Shown here: piece after piece, positions 30,205 to 39,508 of the stretch | Numbering within the stretch: position 1 is the first letter of the stretch | How the letters are laid out: the number at the start of each line of letters is the position of its first letter | NCBI GenBank assembly: GCA_963664235.1 | Contig: OY760933.1 | Coordinates: 1,043,920-1,107,919, forward strand | Direction: 5' to 3' | Length of the DNA stretch: 64,000 bases | Origin: Acidimicrobiales bacterium | GTDB lineage: Bacteria > Actinomycetota > Acidimicrobiia > Acidimicrobiales > CATQHL01 | Notes under the pieces: generated by a model | The model's input: only the letters and a program-made list of their open reading frames with translations | What the model was told of the DNA's origin: nothing | Databases searched by the model: none | Position numbers and translations under genes: made by a program

Positions 30205-31596
30205 TCAGGCGGTCGCGGACTCCTTGCGGCCGATGTTCACCGGCACGGGGCTGTCGGCGGCGGCCACGGCGGCCAGATGCATCTCGTTCAACTCGGGGTC
30301 GAAGAAGAAGCCGTCGTCGAACGGGGCGGGCTTCAGATCGTCCCACCAGACCGCCGCGGGGTCGTAGGTGGCGAAGAAAATGCGATTGGTCCACTCGGCG
30401 TTGCGGCCCTGCAGCATCCGGAGCGCGAAGACCTTCTCGCCGTTGACCTGCATGATGTCCAGGACCTGGACCTTGCCCGGCGTCGCCGACATCGAGGGCC
30501 CACGCATGGTGCGGCCCAGGCCGGAGACGTCCCGGAAGGCCCCGTTGTAGATCTCCAGGGCCCGCTCCAGGGGCAACTCGAAGTAGCGCTTCGCCCCGGT
30601 GTCGCGCTCCACGAACATGTAGTAGGGGATGCAGCCGAGCTTCACCTCGCGGCGGATCATGTCGGCCCAGATCTTCGAGTCGTCGTTCACGTGGCGGATC
30701 AGCGGTGCCTGACAGCGGATGACCGCCCCGGTGTTCAGGATGTTGCGCACGGCCTTCTCGGAGGCCTCCGTGGCCAACTCCACCGGGTGGGAGTAGTGGC
30801 CCATGATGGCCAGGTGTCGCCCGGCGGCGGTGATGTCGTCGAAGAGGCGCAGCGTCTCGTCAGCGTCCTTGTCATCCACGAAGCGGTGCGGCCAGTAGGC
30901 CCCCGCCTTCGTGCCGATGCGGATGGTGAGGCGCTCGAACTCGGGTTCCAGCAGCGGTTCGATGTAGCGGCGCAGTATCTCGGTGCGCATGATCATGGGG
31001 TCGCCGCCGGTGAACAGCACATCGGTCGCCTCGGGGTGTGCCCGCAGGTAGCGCACCAGGTTGCCGCCCTCCTTGGTGGCGAACTTCAGATCGTCGAGTT
31101 TCACGAACTGCGGCCAGCGGAAGCAGTAGGTGCAGTAGGCGTGGCAGGTCTGGCCCTGGGCGGGGAAGAACAGCACCGTCTCGTCGTACTTGTGCTGCAT
31201 GCCCGGCATCGGCTCGCCGTCCACCTGCGGCACGTTCATCGCCACCTGGCCGCTGGGGTGCGGGTTAAGGCTGCGCTGGATGTTCCGCGCCACCTCGTCG
31301 ATCTCTTTGGCCGGCAACTCGGCGCGCACCATGTCGGCGATGGTGGAGAAGTGCTCGGGATCGATCATCCCCTCTTGGGGGAACGTCAGCTGGTAGATCG
31401 GGTCGTCGGGGATGTTGTCCCAGTCGATCAACTGCTCGCAGACGTAGTTGTTGGTCTTGAAGGGAAGCACCCGCGAGACCACATCAGTGACCAGACGCTG
31501 ATGGTCGGTCATCCGGTCGAAGCCGGGGATGTCCTCCATGTTGCGCCGCTGGAACGTCCGGAACACCGGCGTCTGTCCATTGGTCGCCTGTACCAT
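30205..31596 (-). CDS. KamA-family radical SAM enzyme (lysine 2,3-aminomutase-like)
   Basis: HKYDETVLFF, CHAYCTYCFRW, DVLFTGGDP, IRIGTK, QAPLIRHVND, PYYMF, PGKV. Confidence 0.88.
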   Translation of the reverse strand: MVQATNGQTPVFRTFQRRNMEDIPGFDRMTDHQRLVTDVVSRVLPFKTNNYVCEQLIDWDNIPDDPIYQLTFPQEGMIDPEHFSTIADMVRAELPAKEIDEVARNIQRSLNPHPSGQVAMNVPQVDGEPMPGMQHKYDETVLFFPAQGQTCHAYCTYCFRWPQFVKLDDLKFATKEGGNLVRYLRAHPEATDVLFTGGDPMIMRTEILRRYIEPLLEPEFERLTIRIGTKAGAYWPHRFVDDKDADETLRLFDDITAAGRHLAIMGHYSHPVELATEASEKAVRNILNTGAVIRCQAPLIRHVNDDSKIWADMIRREVKLGCIPYYMFVERDTGAKRYFELPLERALEIYNGAFRDVSGLGRTMRGPSMSATPGKVQVLDIMQVNGEKVFALRMLQGRNAEWTNRIFFATYDPAAVWWDDLKPAPFDDGFFFDPELNEMHLAAVAAADSPVPVNIGRKESATA

Positions 31597-31758
31597 CGTT
31601 CTGCCCCCTTCTGAAGCACGTCCTCCTGCTGAACCGAGCAGCCGAGCACTCCCCCGTCGTCGGCCTGGTGCACACATTCTAGCAAAATCCGCTCCCATTC
31701 TTCCCAATCGCCAGGTCAGAGCCTCCCGTCGACGGCGTGCCGGCGGATCATGCGGCCC

Positions 31759-33897
31759 ATGAGCGCTGCCAATACGGGAACCCCGCCGCTGGCGGCGCGC
31801 CTCGCCGCGGACTCGCCGCTCGACGGATTCGTGGACTACGTGACCTCTGAAGGCATCTCGCTCTATCCGGCTCAGGAGGAGGCGCTGCTGGAGATCCTGG
31901 ACGGCCGCAACGTCATCATGAACACGCCAACAGGCTCGGGGAAATCACTTGTCGCCGCCGGCGCCCATTTCGCCGCCCTCGCAGCCGGGCGCCGCAGTGT
32001 CTACACGGCCCCGATCAAGGCGCTCGTGAGCGAGAAGTTCTTCGCGCTGTGCGAGGCCTTCGGGGCTGATCGGGTGGGGATGATCACCGGCGACGCCGCC
32101 GTCAACCCGCAGGCGCCGATCATCTGCGCAACGGCGGAGATCCTCGCCAACTGGGCACTGCGCGACGGCGCCGAAGCGGACGTGGACGTCGTCATTGCCG
32201 ACGAGTTCCATTTCTACGCCGATCCCCAGCGCGGCTGGGCGTGGCAGGTGCCCTTGCTGACTTTGCCGCAGTGCCAGTTCGTACTGCTCTCGGCCACCCT
32301 CGGGCCCACCCAACGCTTCGCCGATGAACTCACCGGGCGCACCGGGCGGGAGACCGTGACCGTGCGATCCGCTGAGCGGCCTGTGCCGCTGCGCTTCGAG
32401 TACGGCATGCTGCCGCTGCATGCCTCCATCGAGGACCTCCTCGAGCGCAACCGGGCACCCGTCTACGTGGTCCACTTCACCCAGCGAGAAGCCATCGAGG
32501 CCGCGCAGGCCTACACCAGCATCGGGGTGCTGAGTCGCGCCGAGCGGGACCTCGTGGCCGAGGCCGTCGGCGGCTTCAAGTTCGACTCGCCCATCGGCAA
32601 GGATCTGCGCCGCCTCATCGGCCACGGCGTCGGCGTGCACCACGCGGGACTGCTCCCCAAGTACCGCCTGCTCACCGAGCGGCTGGCGCAACAGGGCCTG
32701 TTGAAGCTCATCTGCGGCACCGACACCCTGGGCGTGGGAGTGAACGTGCCGATCCGCACGGTGCTGTTCACGCAACTCTGCAAGTACGACGGGCAGCGCA
32801 CTCGCCTGCTGAACGCCCGCGAGTTCCACCAGATCGCCGGGCGGGCAGGTCGGGCCGGCTACGACGACCAGGGTTGGGTGCGGGTGCAGGCCCCGGCTCA
32901 CTGGATCGAGAACCGCGTCGCGGCCGAGAAGGCGGAATCAAATCCCAAGGCCAAGCGCAAGCTGACCAAACGCCGACCTCCGGAACGCAACTACGCCCAC
33001 TGGAACACCGAGACGTTCGACAGGCTCGTGGCCGCGGAGCCCGAGCCGCTGACCTCCAGCTTCGAGGTGAGCCACCAGATGGTGATGCACATGCTCGACC
33101 GTCCGGGTGACGGCTGCGCCGACCTGCGGCGGCTGCTGGTGCAGAACCACGAGACCCGCCGTCGCCAGAGGCGGCACATCCGCCGGGCGGTCGCCATCTA
33201 CCGGTCGCTTGTCGACGCAGGGGTGGTCGAGGTGCTGGAAGCGCCCGACGAGTGGGGTAGGCGCGTCCGGGTGACGGTGGACCTGCAGGACAGCTTCGCC
33301 CTGCACCAGCCGCTCTCACTGTTCGCCGTGGAGGCACTGGGGGTTCTCGACGCAGATGAGACGGACTACCCGCTGGATGTGCTGTCAGTGATCGAGTCGG
33401 TCCTGGAGAATCCGGGACCGGTGATTGCAGCCCAGGTCGAGCGGCTGCGGAGCGACCTGCTGGGGGAGCTGAAGGCACAGGGCGTCCCGTATGAGGAAAG
33501 GATGGAACGCCTCGCGGCGGTCGAGCACCCCAAGCCGCTGCGCGAGTTCCTCTACGGTGCCTTCGACATCTTCCGCGGGCATCACCCCTGGGTGGAGGGC
33601 GAGAACGTGCGCCCCAAGTCCATCGCCCGGGAGCTGCATGAGCGGGCCATGACCTTCGGCGAGTACGTCAACCACTACGGCCTGAAGCGCTCGGAGGGGC
33701 TGCTGCTGCGCTATCTGAGCGATGCCTACCGGGCCCTTGTTCAGAACGTGCCCACCGATCACCGCACCCCTGAGCTCGACGAGTTGACCGACTGGCTCGG
33801 AGCCCTGGTGCGCGGCGTCGACTCCAGCCTGCTCGACGAGTGGGAACGGCTCACCGCGGTGGCAAGCGAAGCCGAGGCCGGGTCCTCCGCCGGCTAG
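31759..33897 (+). CDS. Ski2-like DExH helicase with DUF3516 C-terminus
   Basis: TPTGSGKS, APIKALVSEK, DEFH, HHAGLLP, QIAGRAGR, VDSSLLDEWE. Confidence 0.9.
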   Translation: MSAANTGTPPLAARLAADSPLDGFVDYVTSEGISLYPAQEEALLEILDGRNVIMNTPTGSGKSLVAAGAHFAALAAGRRSVYTAPIKALVSEKFFALCEAFGADRVGMITGDAAVNPQAPIICATAEILANWALRDGAEADVDVVIADEFHFYADPQRGWAWQVPLLTLPQCQFVLLSATLGPTQRFADELTGRTGRETVTVRSAERPVPLRFEYGMLPLHASIEDLLERNRAPVYVVHFTQREAIEAAQAYTSIGVLSRAERDLVAEAVGGFKFDSPIGKDLRRLIGHGVGVHHAGLLPKYRLLTERLAQQGLLKLICGTDTLGVGVNVPIRTVLFTQLCKYDGQRTRLLNAREFHQIAGRAGRAGYDDQGWVRVQAPAHWIENRVAAEKAESNPKAKRKLTKRRPPERNYAHWNTETFDRLVAAEPEPLTSSFEVSHQMVMHMLDRPGDGCADLRRLLVQNHETRRRQRRHIRRAVAIYRSLVDAGVVEVLEAPDEWGRRVRVTVDLQDSFALHQPLSLFAVEALGVLDADETDYPLDVLSVIESVLENPGPVIAAQVERLRSDLLGELKAQGVPYEERMERLAAVEHPKPLREFLYGAFDIFRGHHPWVEGENVRPKSIARELHERAMTFGEYVNHYGLKRSEGLLLRYLSDAYRALVQNVPTDHRTPELDELTDWLGALVRGVDSSLLDEWERLTAVASEAEAGSSAG

Positions 33898-33929
33898 TTG
33901 TGCATGCCACGGGCGGAACTGCCGACGCA

Positions 33930-33956
33930 TGGATTCCGGCATTCGCCGGAATGACG
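33930..33956. repeat. REP-like palindrome, copy 3
   Basis: TGGATTCCGGC-ATTC-GCCGGAATGACG between convergent genes. Confidence 0.85.
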
Positions 33957-33993
33957 ATCGTCGTCGCGCGCCGAACCCGGCTCGGCGAGAACC

Positions 33994-35331
33994 TCAGGCG
34001 TTGAGCAGCAGGAAGATGCCGGTGATGGTGAAAGCCAGCATCATGACCAGCAACCCGTACTGGGATCGCAGGGCATTCCGCGGCGAGAACCGGGACACCG
34101 CCTTGTCGTGCGCCAGGACCACACCCGCCAAGTGGCCCGCCACCGTCGTGAGGGCCTGCACGAGGGCGATCGCCCCGGTGCCCACGAGCAGGTAGTTCAC
34201 GTCGAAGTGGGCCGTGCCGAACAGGTCGGCGGTCCCGCCGAAGGGGCGCGACAGCAGGGCCAGGAAGTTCTGGCCCTCGAAGAGAACCAGCGAGAAGTAG
34301 TGCCCCACGTGGTAGGCGAAGGCGATCGGCACGATGGAGGGGGCGAAGTCGGTCAGCATCTGCCGCAGCGGCGTGCGGGTGAGTGCGGCGCCGACCGCCA
34401 TCGCCGCGATGTACACCACCACGAAGTTCGCCGCGAACTGCAGCAGGCCGAAGGCACCGAAGCCGACCGTCTCCCAGCCGAGGCGCGGTCCCAGCAGGCC
34501 GCCCCACCACTCGGTGCGGGAGATGCCGTCGAAGCTCGTCGTGGCGGGCATCAGCAAGAGCACGAAGGTGTGCGGAAGGGTCATGTGCAGGCTCGCCAGA
34601 CCCACGATCGGGGGGCGAACGGCCAGCCGGCCCTTCCCGTCGCCGCAGAAGATCCCCATGGCGCCGATGTGGCGGAAGATCACGCCGAATCCCTCGCCGT
34701 GGCGCAGCCACTCCCGGCCCCACAGCGACGCCCCGGCCAGCATCAGCACCGAGTAGCCGGCGATGGCGATACCGAGCAGGCGGGTCTCCGGAGGGTTGGG
34801 GTGCACCAATTCCAGGGCGGCGAAGCAGAGCACGGTTGCCACACCCAGCCAGCCGCTGCGCACCGGGTCGGGGCGCCAGAGACGGTGGGCCGGCACGTGG
34901 CCGAAGAAGCGCCGGCGGATCGCCGCGCCCACCAACGCCAGGGTCTCCCAGGGACTGAGGAGGCGCCACACGTCGCCGAAGACGGCCGACAGGAACAGCA
35001 GCCCTACCCAGAACCCCACGTACACCGCCACCGGGGCGATCGTGGCATAGGCCCCGAGGTCGCCGGCCAGCGAGGCCCACAGCACCACGGCGAACATCGC
35101 CAGGCCAACCAGTCGCAGCCCGACGGCCAGACCGCCGGCCAGCGGCTGCACTCCTCCGGGCAGCGGGCGAGGTGCGAAGCGGCCTTCCAACCTGGGCTTC
35201 GGCCAGAAGCTACCGAGCAGTAGGAACGAGACGACCAGCGCCGCGCCCGCCACGTAGGCGAACATCCACACGGGGATCGGCAGGTCGCCGCGGACCCCGA
35301 TGCCGTGTGCCAACACTCCTGCGGGACTCAC
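33994..35331 (-). CDS. Conserved multi-pass membrane protein (family often annotated fenitrothion hydrolase-like)
   Basis: AHG..DLPIP, about 10 hydrophobic segments, PIAFAYHVGHYF, GHLAGVVLAHD, SQY. Confidence 0.7.
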   Translation of the reverse strand: MSPAGVLAHGIGVRGDLPIPVWMFAYVAGAALVVSFLLLGSFWPKPRLEGRFAPRPLPGGVQPLAGGLAVGLRLVGLAMFAVVLWASLAGDLGAYATIAPVAVYVGFWVGLLFLSAVFGDVWRLLSPWETLALVGAAIRRRFFGHVPAHRLWRPDPVRSGWLGVATVLCFAALELVHPNPPETRLLGIAIAGYSVLMLAGASLWGREWLRHGEGFGVIFRHIGAMGIFCGDGKGRLAVRPPIVGLASLHMTLPHTFVLLLMPATTSFDGISRTEWWGGLLGPRLGWETVGFGAFGLLQFAANFVVVYIAAMAVGAALTRTPLRQMLTDFAPSIVPIAFAYHVGHYFSLVLFEGQNFLALLSRPFGGTADLFGTAHFDVNYLLVGTGAIALVQALTTVAGHLAGVVLAHDKAVSRFSPRNALRSQYGLLVMMLAFTITGIFLLLNA

Positions 35332-35340
35332 CGTGACCTC

Positions 35341-36102
35341 CTAGGAGACCTGCAGTTGGAAGAGTTCTCGGTGCGAGGGGTGTAGTTCGGCCTCCCAGAC
35401 ACCGGGGAGGCCGGCCTCGAAGGTCAGGATGACCTCGGCTCCCGGTTCGAGCTGCAGGTAGAGGTCGTAGCCGTGCAGATGGACCTCCTCGGCTACATCG
35501 GAGGCGACGCGGATCTCCACCGTGTCGCCGAAGGAGACCTCGTAGCGGCGCTCGCCCTCGATGCGGCCGTCCACCAGGGTCACGGTGATCGTCACGTCCG
35601 CCGCCGGCTCGGTGGTGGGAGGTGGCGGGGGTGGCTCCGAAGGCGGAGGCGGGAGTGGCTCCGGAGGCGGGGCCGGCTCCGGCGAGGACGGCTCGGGTGG
35701 CGGAGGAGATGGCTCTGGAGGCGGGGGCGGGGCCGGCTCCGGCGCGGGCGGCTCGGGTGGCGGAGGCTGCGGCTCCGGAGGCGGCGGAGGCGAAGGCTCA
35801 CTCGGTGGCGGAGGCCCGGGTTCCGCGGGCTGCTCGGCCGCCGGAGGCGTGGGGTCCGGAGGCGGTGGCTCGGCAACCTCGGGGACCGGCGCTGGTTCGG
35901 TCACCTCGGCCGGCGCAGAGGCGGGTGAGACCGCCGTGGTGGTCGGGGCGACCGTCGTCGCGGGCGCAGCGTCGGCTGCCGGAGCCGCTAGCGGCACTGT
36001 CGCCGATGGCTCCGGGTCGGCGGTGCCACATCCCGCTGCGAGCAGGAGGCAAGTTGCCAACGCTGCGACGCCAAGGCTGCGCCGAAGGGTCACGATTAGC
36101 AT
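35341..36102 (-). CDS. Pro-rich lipoprotein with C-terminal cupredoxin-like domain
   Basis: Lipobox LAAGC, long P/E-rich linker, GDTVEIRV, EVHLHGYD, GVWEAELH. Confidence 0.7.
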   Translation of the reverse strand: MLIVTLRRSLGVAALATCLLLAAGCGTADPEPSATVPLAAPAADAAPATTVAPTTTAVSPASAPAEVTEPAPVPEVAEPPPPDPTPPAAEQPAEPGPPPPSEPSPPPPPEPQPPPPEPPAPEPAPPPPPEPSPPPPEPSSPEPAPPPEPLPPPPSEPPPPPPTTEPAADVTITVTLVDGRIEGERRYEVSFGDTVEIRVASDVAEEVHLHGYDLYLQLEPGAEVILTFEAGLPGVWEAELHPSHRELFQLQVS

Positions 36103-36200
36103 TCTGGCAGCAGTCGACACCCGGCGACTACCTCCCCGAGGACAAGGGTGCCAGGTCCGGGCTGCCACCGGAGAGCAAACGAGAGAGGGACGGCGCAGCG

Positions 36201-37406
36201 ATGAGCGACATCAGCACCGATCACTTGCGAGGCATGGCGCGTGATCTTGTCGCCGACATGCCGGCCGAGGCGGGGATGGCCGCGTTCCGGGGCGAGCAGT
36301 TCGACCGGGGTCTGGCATGCGTGCACTTCCCAACCGGTCGCGGCGGGCTCGGATTGAAGCCGGAGGCCCAGGCCGTCGTCGACGATGAGTTGGCCGCCGG
36401 CGGCCGCCAGTACCACAACCTCGCGGTCAACCCGATCGGCATCGGGATGGGTATGCCCACGGTTCTGGCCCACGGCACCGACGAGATGTTGGACCGGCTA
36501 CTCCGCCCCTGCTTCACCGGTGAGGAGATCTGGTGCCAGCTCTTCAGCGAACCGGGAGCCGGCTCGGACGTGGCTGGTCTGGCGACCCGCGCCGTCCTCG
36601 ACGGCGAGGAGTGGATCGTCAACGGCCAGAAGGTGTGGACGACGCTGGCTCACGTGTCGCGCTGGGGCATGTTGCTGGCCCGAACCGACCCCACACAACC
36701 CAAGCACAAGGGCATGACCTACTTCATGATGGACATGCAGGCACCGGGAGTGGATGTCCGGCCGCTGTTCCAGATCACCGGCGAGGCCGAGTTCAACGAG
36801 GTGTTCATGACCGACGTGCGCATCCCCGACTCGATGCGCATCAGCGAGAGGGGCCACGGCTGGGGCGGAGCCATCACGACGCTCATGAACGAACGGGTGG
36901 CGCTCGGCGGCGGTGTGCCCGCCAGAGGCTCCGGGAACATCGGGACGCTCATCAAGGAGTGGATCGACCATGCGCCGGCGCCGGAGACAGCCGCCCATCA
37001 CCTCGCTCGGGACCGGGTGAGCAGGCTATGGATCCGCGCGGAACTGCTCCGGCTCACGAACCTGCGCGCCCGCGAGTCGGCGTCGGCGGGCGTTCCGGGC
37101 CCCGAGGGATCGGTCGGGAAGCTCCTGTCGGCGGAGTTGAACAAGGAGATCCTCGAGTGCGCGGTGGACGTGCGGGGCAGCCGCGGCATGGTGCACCAAC
37201 ACGGCTACCCCATGGTGCGGCCCGAGCAGGCGGGCGGTTCGGGCTCATTCGACACGAGCCGGCTGTTCCTGCGGGCCCGGGCCAACTCCATCGAGGGCGG
37301 CACGTCGGAGATCATGCGCAACATCCTCGGCGAGAGAGTGCTGGGCCTACCCAAGGAACCGCAGGTGGACCGGGACGTTCCCTGGAGTGACATCCCCCGC
37401 AACTGA
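36201..37406 (+). CDS. Acyl-CoA dehydrogenase
   Basis: WCQLFSEPGAGSD, NGQKVWT, FNEVF, SIEGGTSEIMRNI. Confidence 0.93.
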   Translation: MSDISTDHLRGMARDLVADMPAEAGMAAFRGEQFDRGLACVHFPTGRGGLGLKPEAQAVVDDELAAGGRQYHNLAVNPIGIGMGMPTVLAHGTDEMLDRLLRPCFTGEEIWCQLFSEPGAGSDVAGLATRAVLDGEEWIVNGQKVWTTLAHVSRWGMLLARTDPTQPKHKGMTYFMMDMQAPGVDVRPLFQITGEAEFNEVFMTDVRIPDSMRISERGHGWGGAITTLMNERVALGGGVPARGSGNIGTLIKEWIDHAPAPETAAHHLARDRVSRLWIRAELLRLTNLRARESASAGVPGPEGSVGKLLSAELNKEILECAVDVRGSRGMVHQHGYPMVRPEQAGGSGSFDTSRLFLRARANSIEGGTSEIMRNILGERVLGLPKEPQVDRDVPWSDIPRN

Positions 37407-37407
37407 G

Positions 37408-37434
37408 GAGGGCCGGACTTGAAGTCCGGCCCTC
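37408..37434. terminator. Hairpin, likely bidirectional terminator
   Basis: GAGGGCCGGACT-TGA-AGTCCGGCCCTC, 12-bp stem between convergent genes. Confidence 0.65.
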
Positions 37435-37473
37435 GCATGGTTCGATTCCTATGCCCGCTGAGCGGGCGCTCCG

Positions 37474-38247
37474 TTAGCGGATGGCAGAGCGCAGGCGCCG
37501 TCCGGCACCGATCGCCAGCAGGCCGGCCATCAGGATGCTGGCACCCACGATGACGAGCAGGTTGCTCTCCGAACCGGTCACGGGCAACTCCTCTTCGTCG
37601 CCCATGTCGTCCATCGGCTCCTCATCGGCCGCGTCGTCCATCTCTTCGCCGGAGTCATCCATGGACTCCTCTTCACCGGAGTCGTCCATCTCTTCGCCGG
37701 AGTCATCCATGGACTCCTCTTCACCGGAGTCGTCCATCTCTTCGCCGGAGTCGTCCATCGACTCCTCTTCACCGGTGTCGTCCATGGTCTCGCCGATGGC
37801 GATGACCCCGACTGTGGCGAACGATTCGGGATCGGCGAGCGTGTCGGTGCTCAGCCATCCCGCCATGACCACGAGAGCGCCGGCGTCGATGTCGGCCTGC
37901 GTGATGCTGGCCGTCCACTCCGTCGTGAAGCTACCGTCGTCCCAGGTCACGGCGAGCGCGGCGGCCATGAGGTTCGGGCACATGGCGATGGCGTCAGGAG
38001 CACTCGAGAGGGTCAGCGGGGCGGTCGGATCACCCGCGGCCCCGGGGCAGGCGACGATGAAGAACGGTGTCGGCTCGCTCCAGTTGGCCCCGGTGATCGT
38101 CACCGTGACGTCACCCACCTCCGCCGGCACGCTGGCCGGATCGATCGTGATGGTGGGAAGATGGCCGTCGGCGGCCGCAGGCGAGGCCCACAGCATCCCG
38201 ATCAACGCCATCACCCCGGCAAGTACGAACAGTCTCTTGAGCTTCAT
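37474..38247 (-). CDS. Secreted sortase-anchored surface protein (LPVTG) with Met/Asp/Glu repeats
   Basis: Signal peptide MKLKRL..ASPAAA; MDDSGEE(ES) repeats; LPVTG + TM helix + RRLR tail. Confidence 0.8.
   Translation of the reverse strand: MKLKRLFVLAGVMALIGMLWASPAAADGHLPTITIDPASVPAEVGDVTVTITGANWSEPTPFFIVACPGAAGDPTAPLTLSSAPDAIAMCPNLMAAALAVTWDDGSFTTEWTASITQADIDAGALVVMAGWLSTDTLADPESFATVGVIAIGETMDDTGEEESMDDSGEEMDDSGEEESMDDSGEEMDDSGEEESMDDSGEEMDDAADEEPMDDMGDEEELPVTGSESNLLVIVGASILMAGLLAIGAGRRLRSAIR
37600..37790 (-). repeat. Intragenic tandem repeat (~48-bp unit, MDDSGEEESMDDSGEE)
   Basis: Repeated tccatctcttcgccggagt / tccatggactcctcttcaccggag blocks; boundaries approximate. Confidence 0.8.
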
Positions 38248-38383
38248 CGTGCGACTCTCCCGATGGGACACTCCAACGGGGTGAGATCATAGCGCGCCGG
38301 AGACCTCTGAACCAGGAGTCCACCGAAGAATCCCCCATTCTTCTCGCGGCGCATTGTGGCCGGCAAATCGAATCCTGCCCGCA

Positions 38384-39418
38384 TCACAGGCGCAGCAACT
38401 GCTTGCCCTCGTTGGCGCCGGTGAACAGGCGCTGGAACGTGCGGGGAATGTTCTCGAAGCCTTCCTGGGTGTCGACGCGGTAGGCGATCTCGCCCGCCTC
38501 GACCCAGCGCCGCAGGTCGGCGGAGGCCTCCGGGAGCCTGTCCAGGAAGTCCCACAGCAGCAGCCCCTGGATCGAGGCGCGCCGGACGATCAACTGGAAC
38601 AGGTTGTGCGGCCCAGGTCTTGCCTCGGCGTCGTTGTAGCCCGAGATCAGCCCGCACAGCGCGATGCGGGCACCGAGGGCCAGGTTGTCCAGCACAGCCT
38701 CGAGGGCGGCACCGCCCACGTTCTCGAAGTACACGTCCACGCCGTCGGGACAGGTCTGGCGCAGGCGGAGGCCGAGGTCTTCGTTCTTGTAGTCGATGGC
38801 GGCGTCCAGCCGCGCCTCGGTCAGCAGCCAGCGACACTTCTCGGCACCGCCGGCGATGCCCACGACACGGCAACCCTTGATGCGGGCGATCTGCGCAGCA
38901 ACCGAGCCGGTCGCCCCCGCCGCTCCCGACACCACGACGGTGTCGCCGGGGTCGGGTCGGCCCACGTCAAGCAGCCCCACGTATGCCGTCATGCCCGTAC
39001 TGCCGAGCGGGCCCAGCAACAACTCGGCGGGCACGTCGGCGGGCACCTGCCGGTAGCCGCGCCCGGCGGTCTCGGCGGACCAGCGGCCGGTCACGTATTC
39101 CGACCAACCCATCATCCCGAAAACCACGTCGCCGACGGCGAAGTCGGGGTCGTTCGACGCCACTACCTCCGCCAGGCCGGGCGCCCGCATCGGCGCACCG
39201 AGGTCCACCGGCGCCACGTAACTCTCCCGCTCGTCCATCCAGCCGCGCATGGCGGGCTCGAAGGACAGCCAGCGGACACGGGCCAACACCTCCCCCGGTC
39301 CGATCTCCGGAACGGGCCGCTCGATCAGCTCGAAATCCGACTCGGACACCATCCCCAGCGGCCGCCGGGCCAGCAACCATTGCCGGTTCCGCGCCGCCGC
39401 GCCCTCGCCTGCTGCCAT
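38384..39418 (-). CDS. NADP-dependent alkenal/one oxidoreductase (CurA/PTGR family)
   Basis: LSFEPAMRGWM, GMTAYVGL, VSGAAGATGS, GVDVYFENVGG, CGLISGYN. Confidence 0.9.
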   Translation of the reverse strand: MAAGEGAAARNRQWLLARRPLGMVSESDFELIERPVPEIGPGEVLARVRWLSFEPAMRGWMDERESYVAPVDLGAPMRAPGLAEVVASNDPDFAVGDVVFGMMGWSEYVTGRWSAETAGRGYRQVPADVPAELLLGPLGSTGMTAYVGLLDVGRPDPGDTVVVSGAAGATGSVAAQIARIKGCRVVGIAGGAEKCRWLLTEARLDAAIDYKNEDLGLRLRQTCPDGVDVYFENVGGAALEAVLDNLALGARIALCGLISGYNDAEARPGPHNLFQLIVRRASIQGLLLWDFLDRLPEASADLRRWVEAGEIAYRVDTQEGFENIPRTFQRLFTGANEGKQLLRL

Positions 39419-39508
39419 CTCACACTCCGATCGGTGCCATCCCGACGCCGTAACATGTTCGCCGGCAGCAAGATGCCCACGAACGACGACGGATGATAGG
39501 GGAGGCTC

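Noticed and set aside
35561-36244. Gly/Ser-rich 227-aa plus-strand ORF
   Set aside because: Antisense read of the Pro-rich lipoprotein linker
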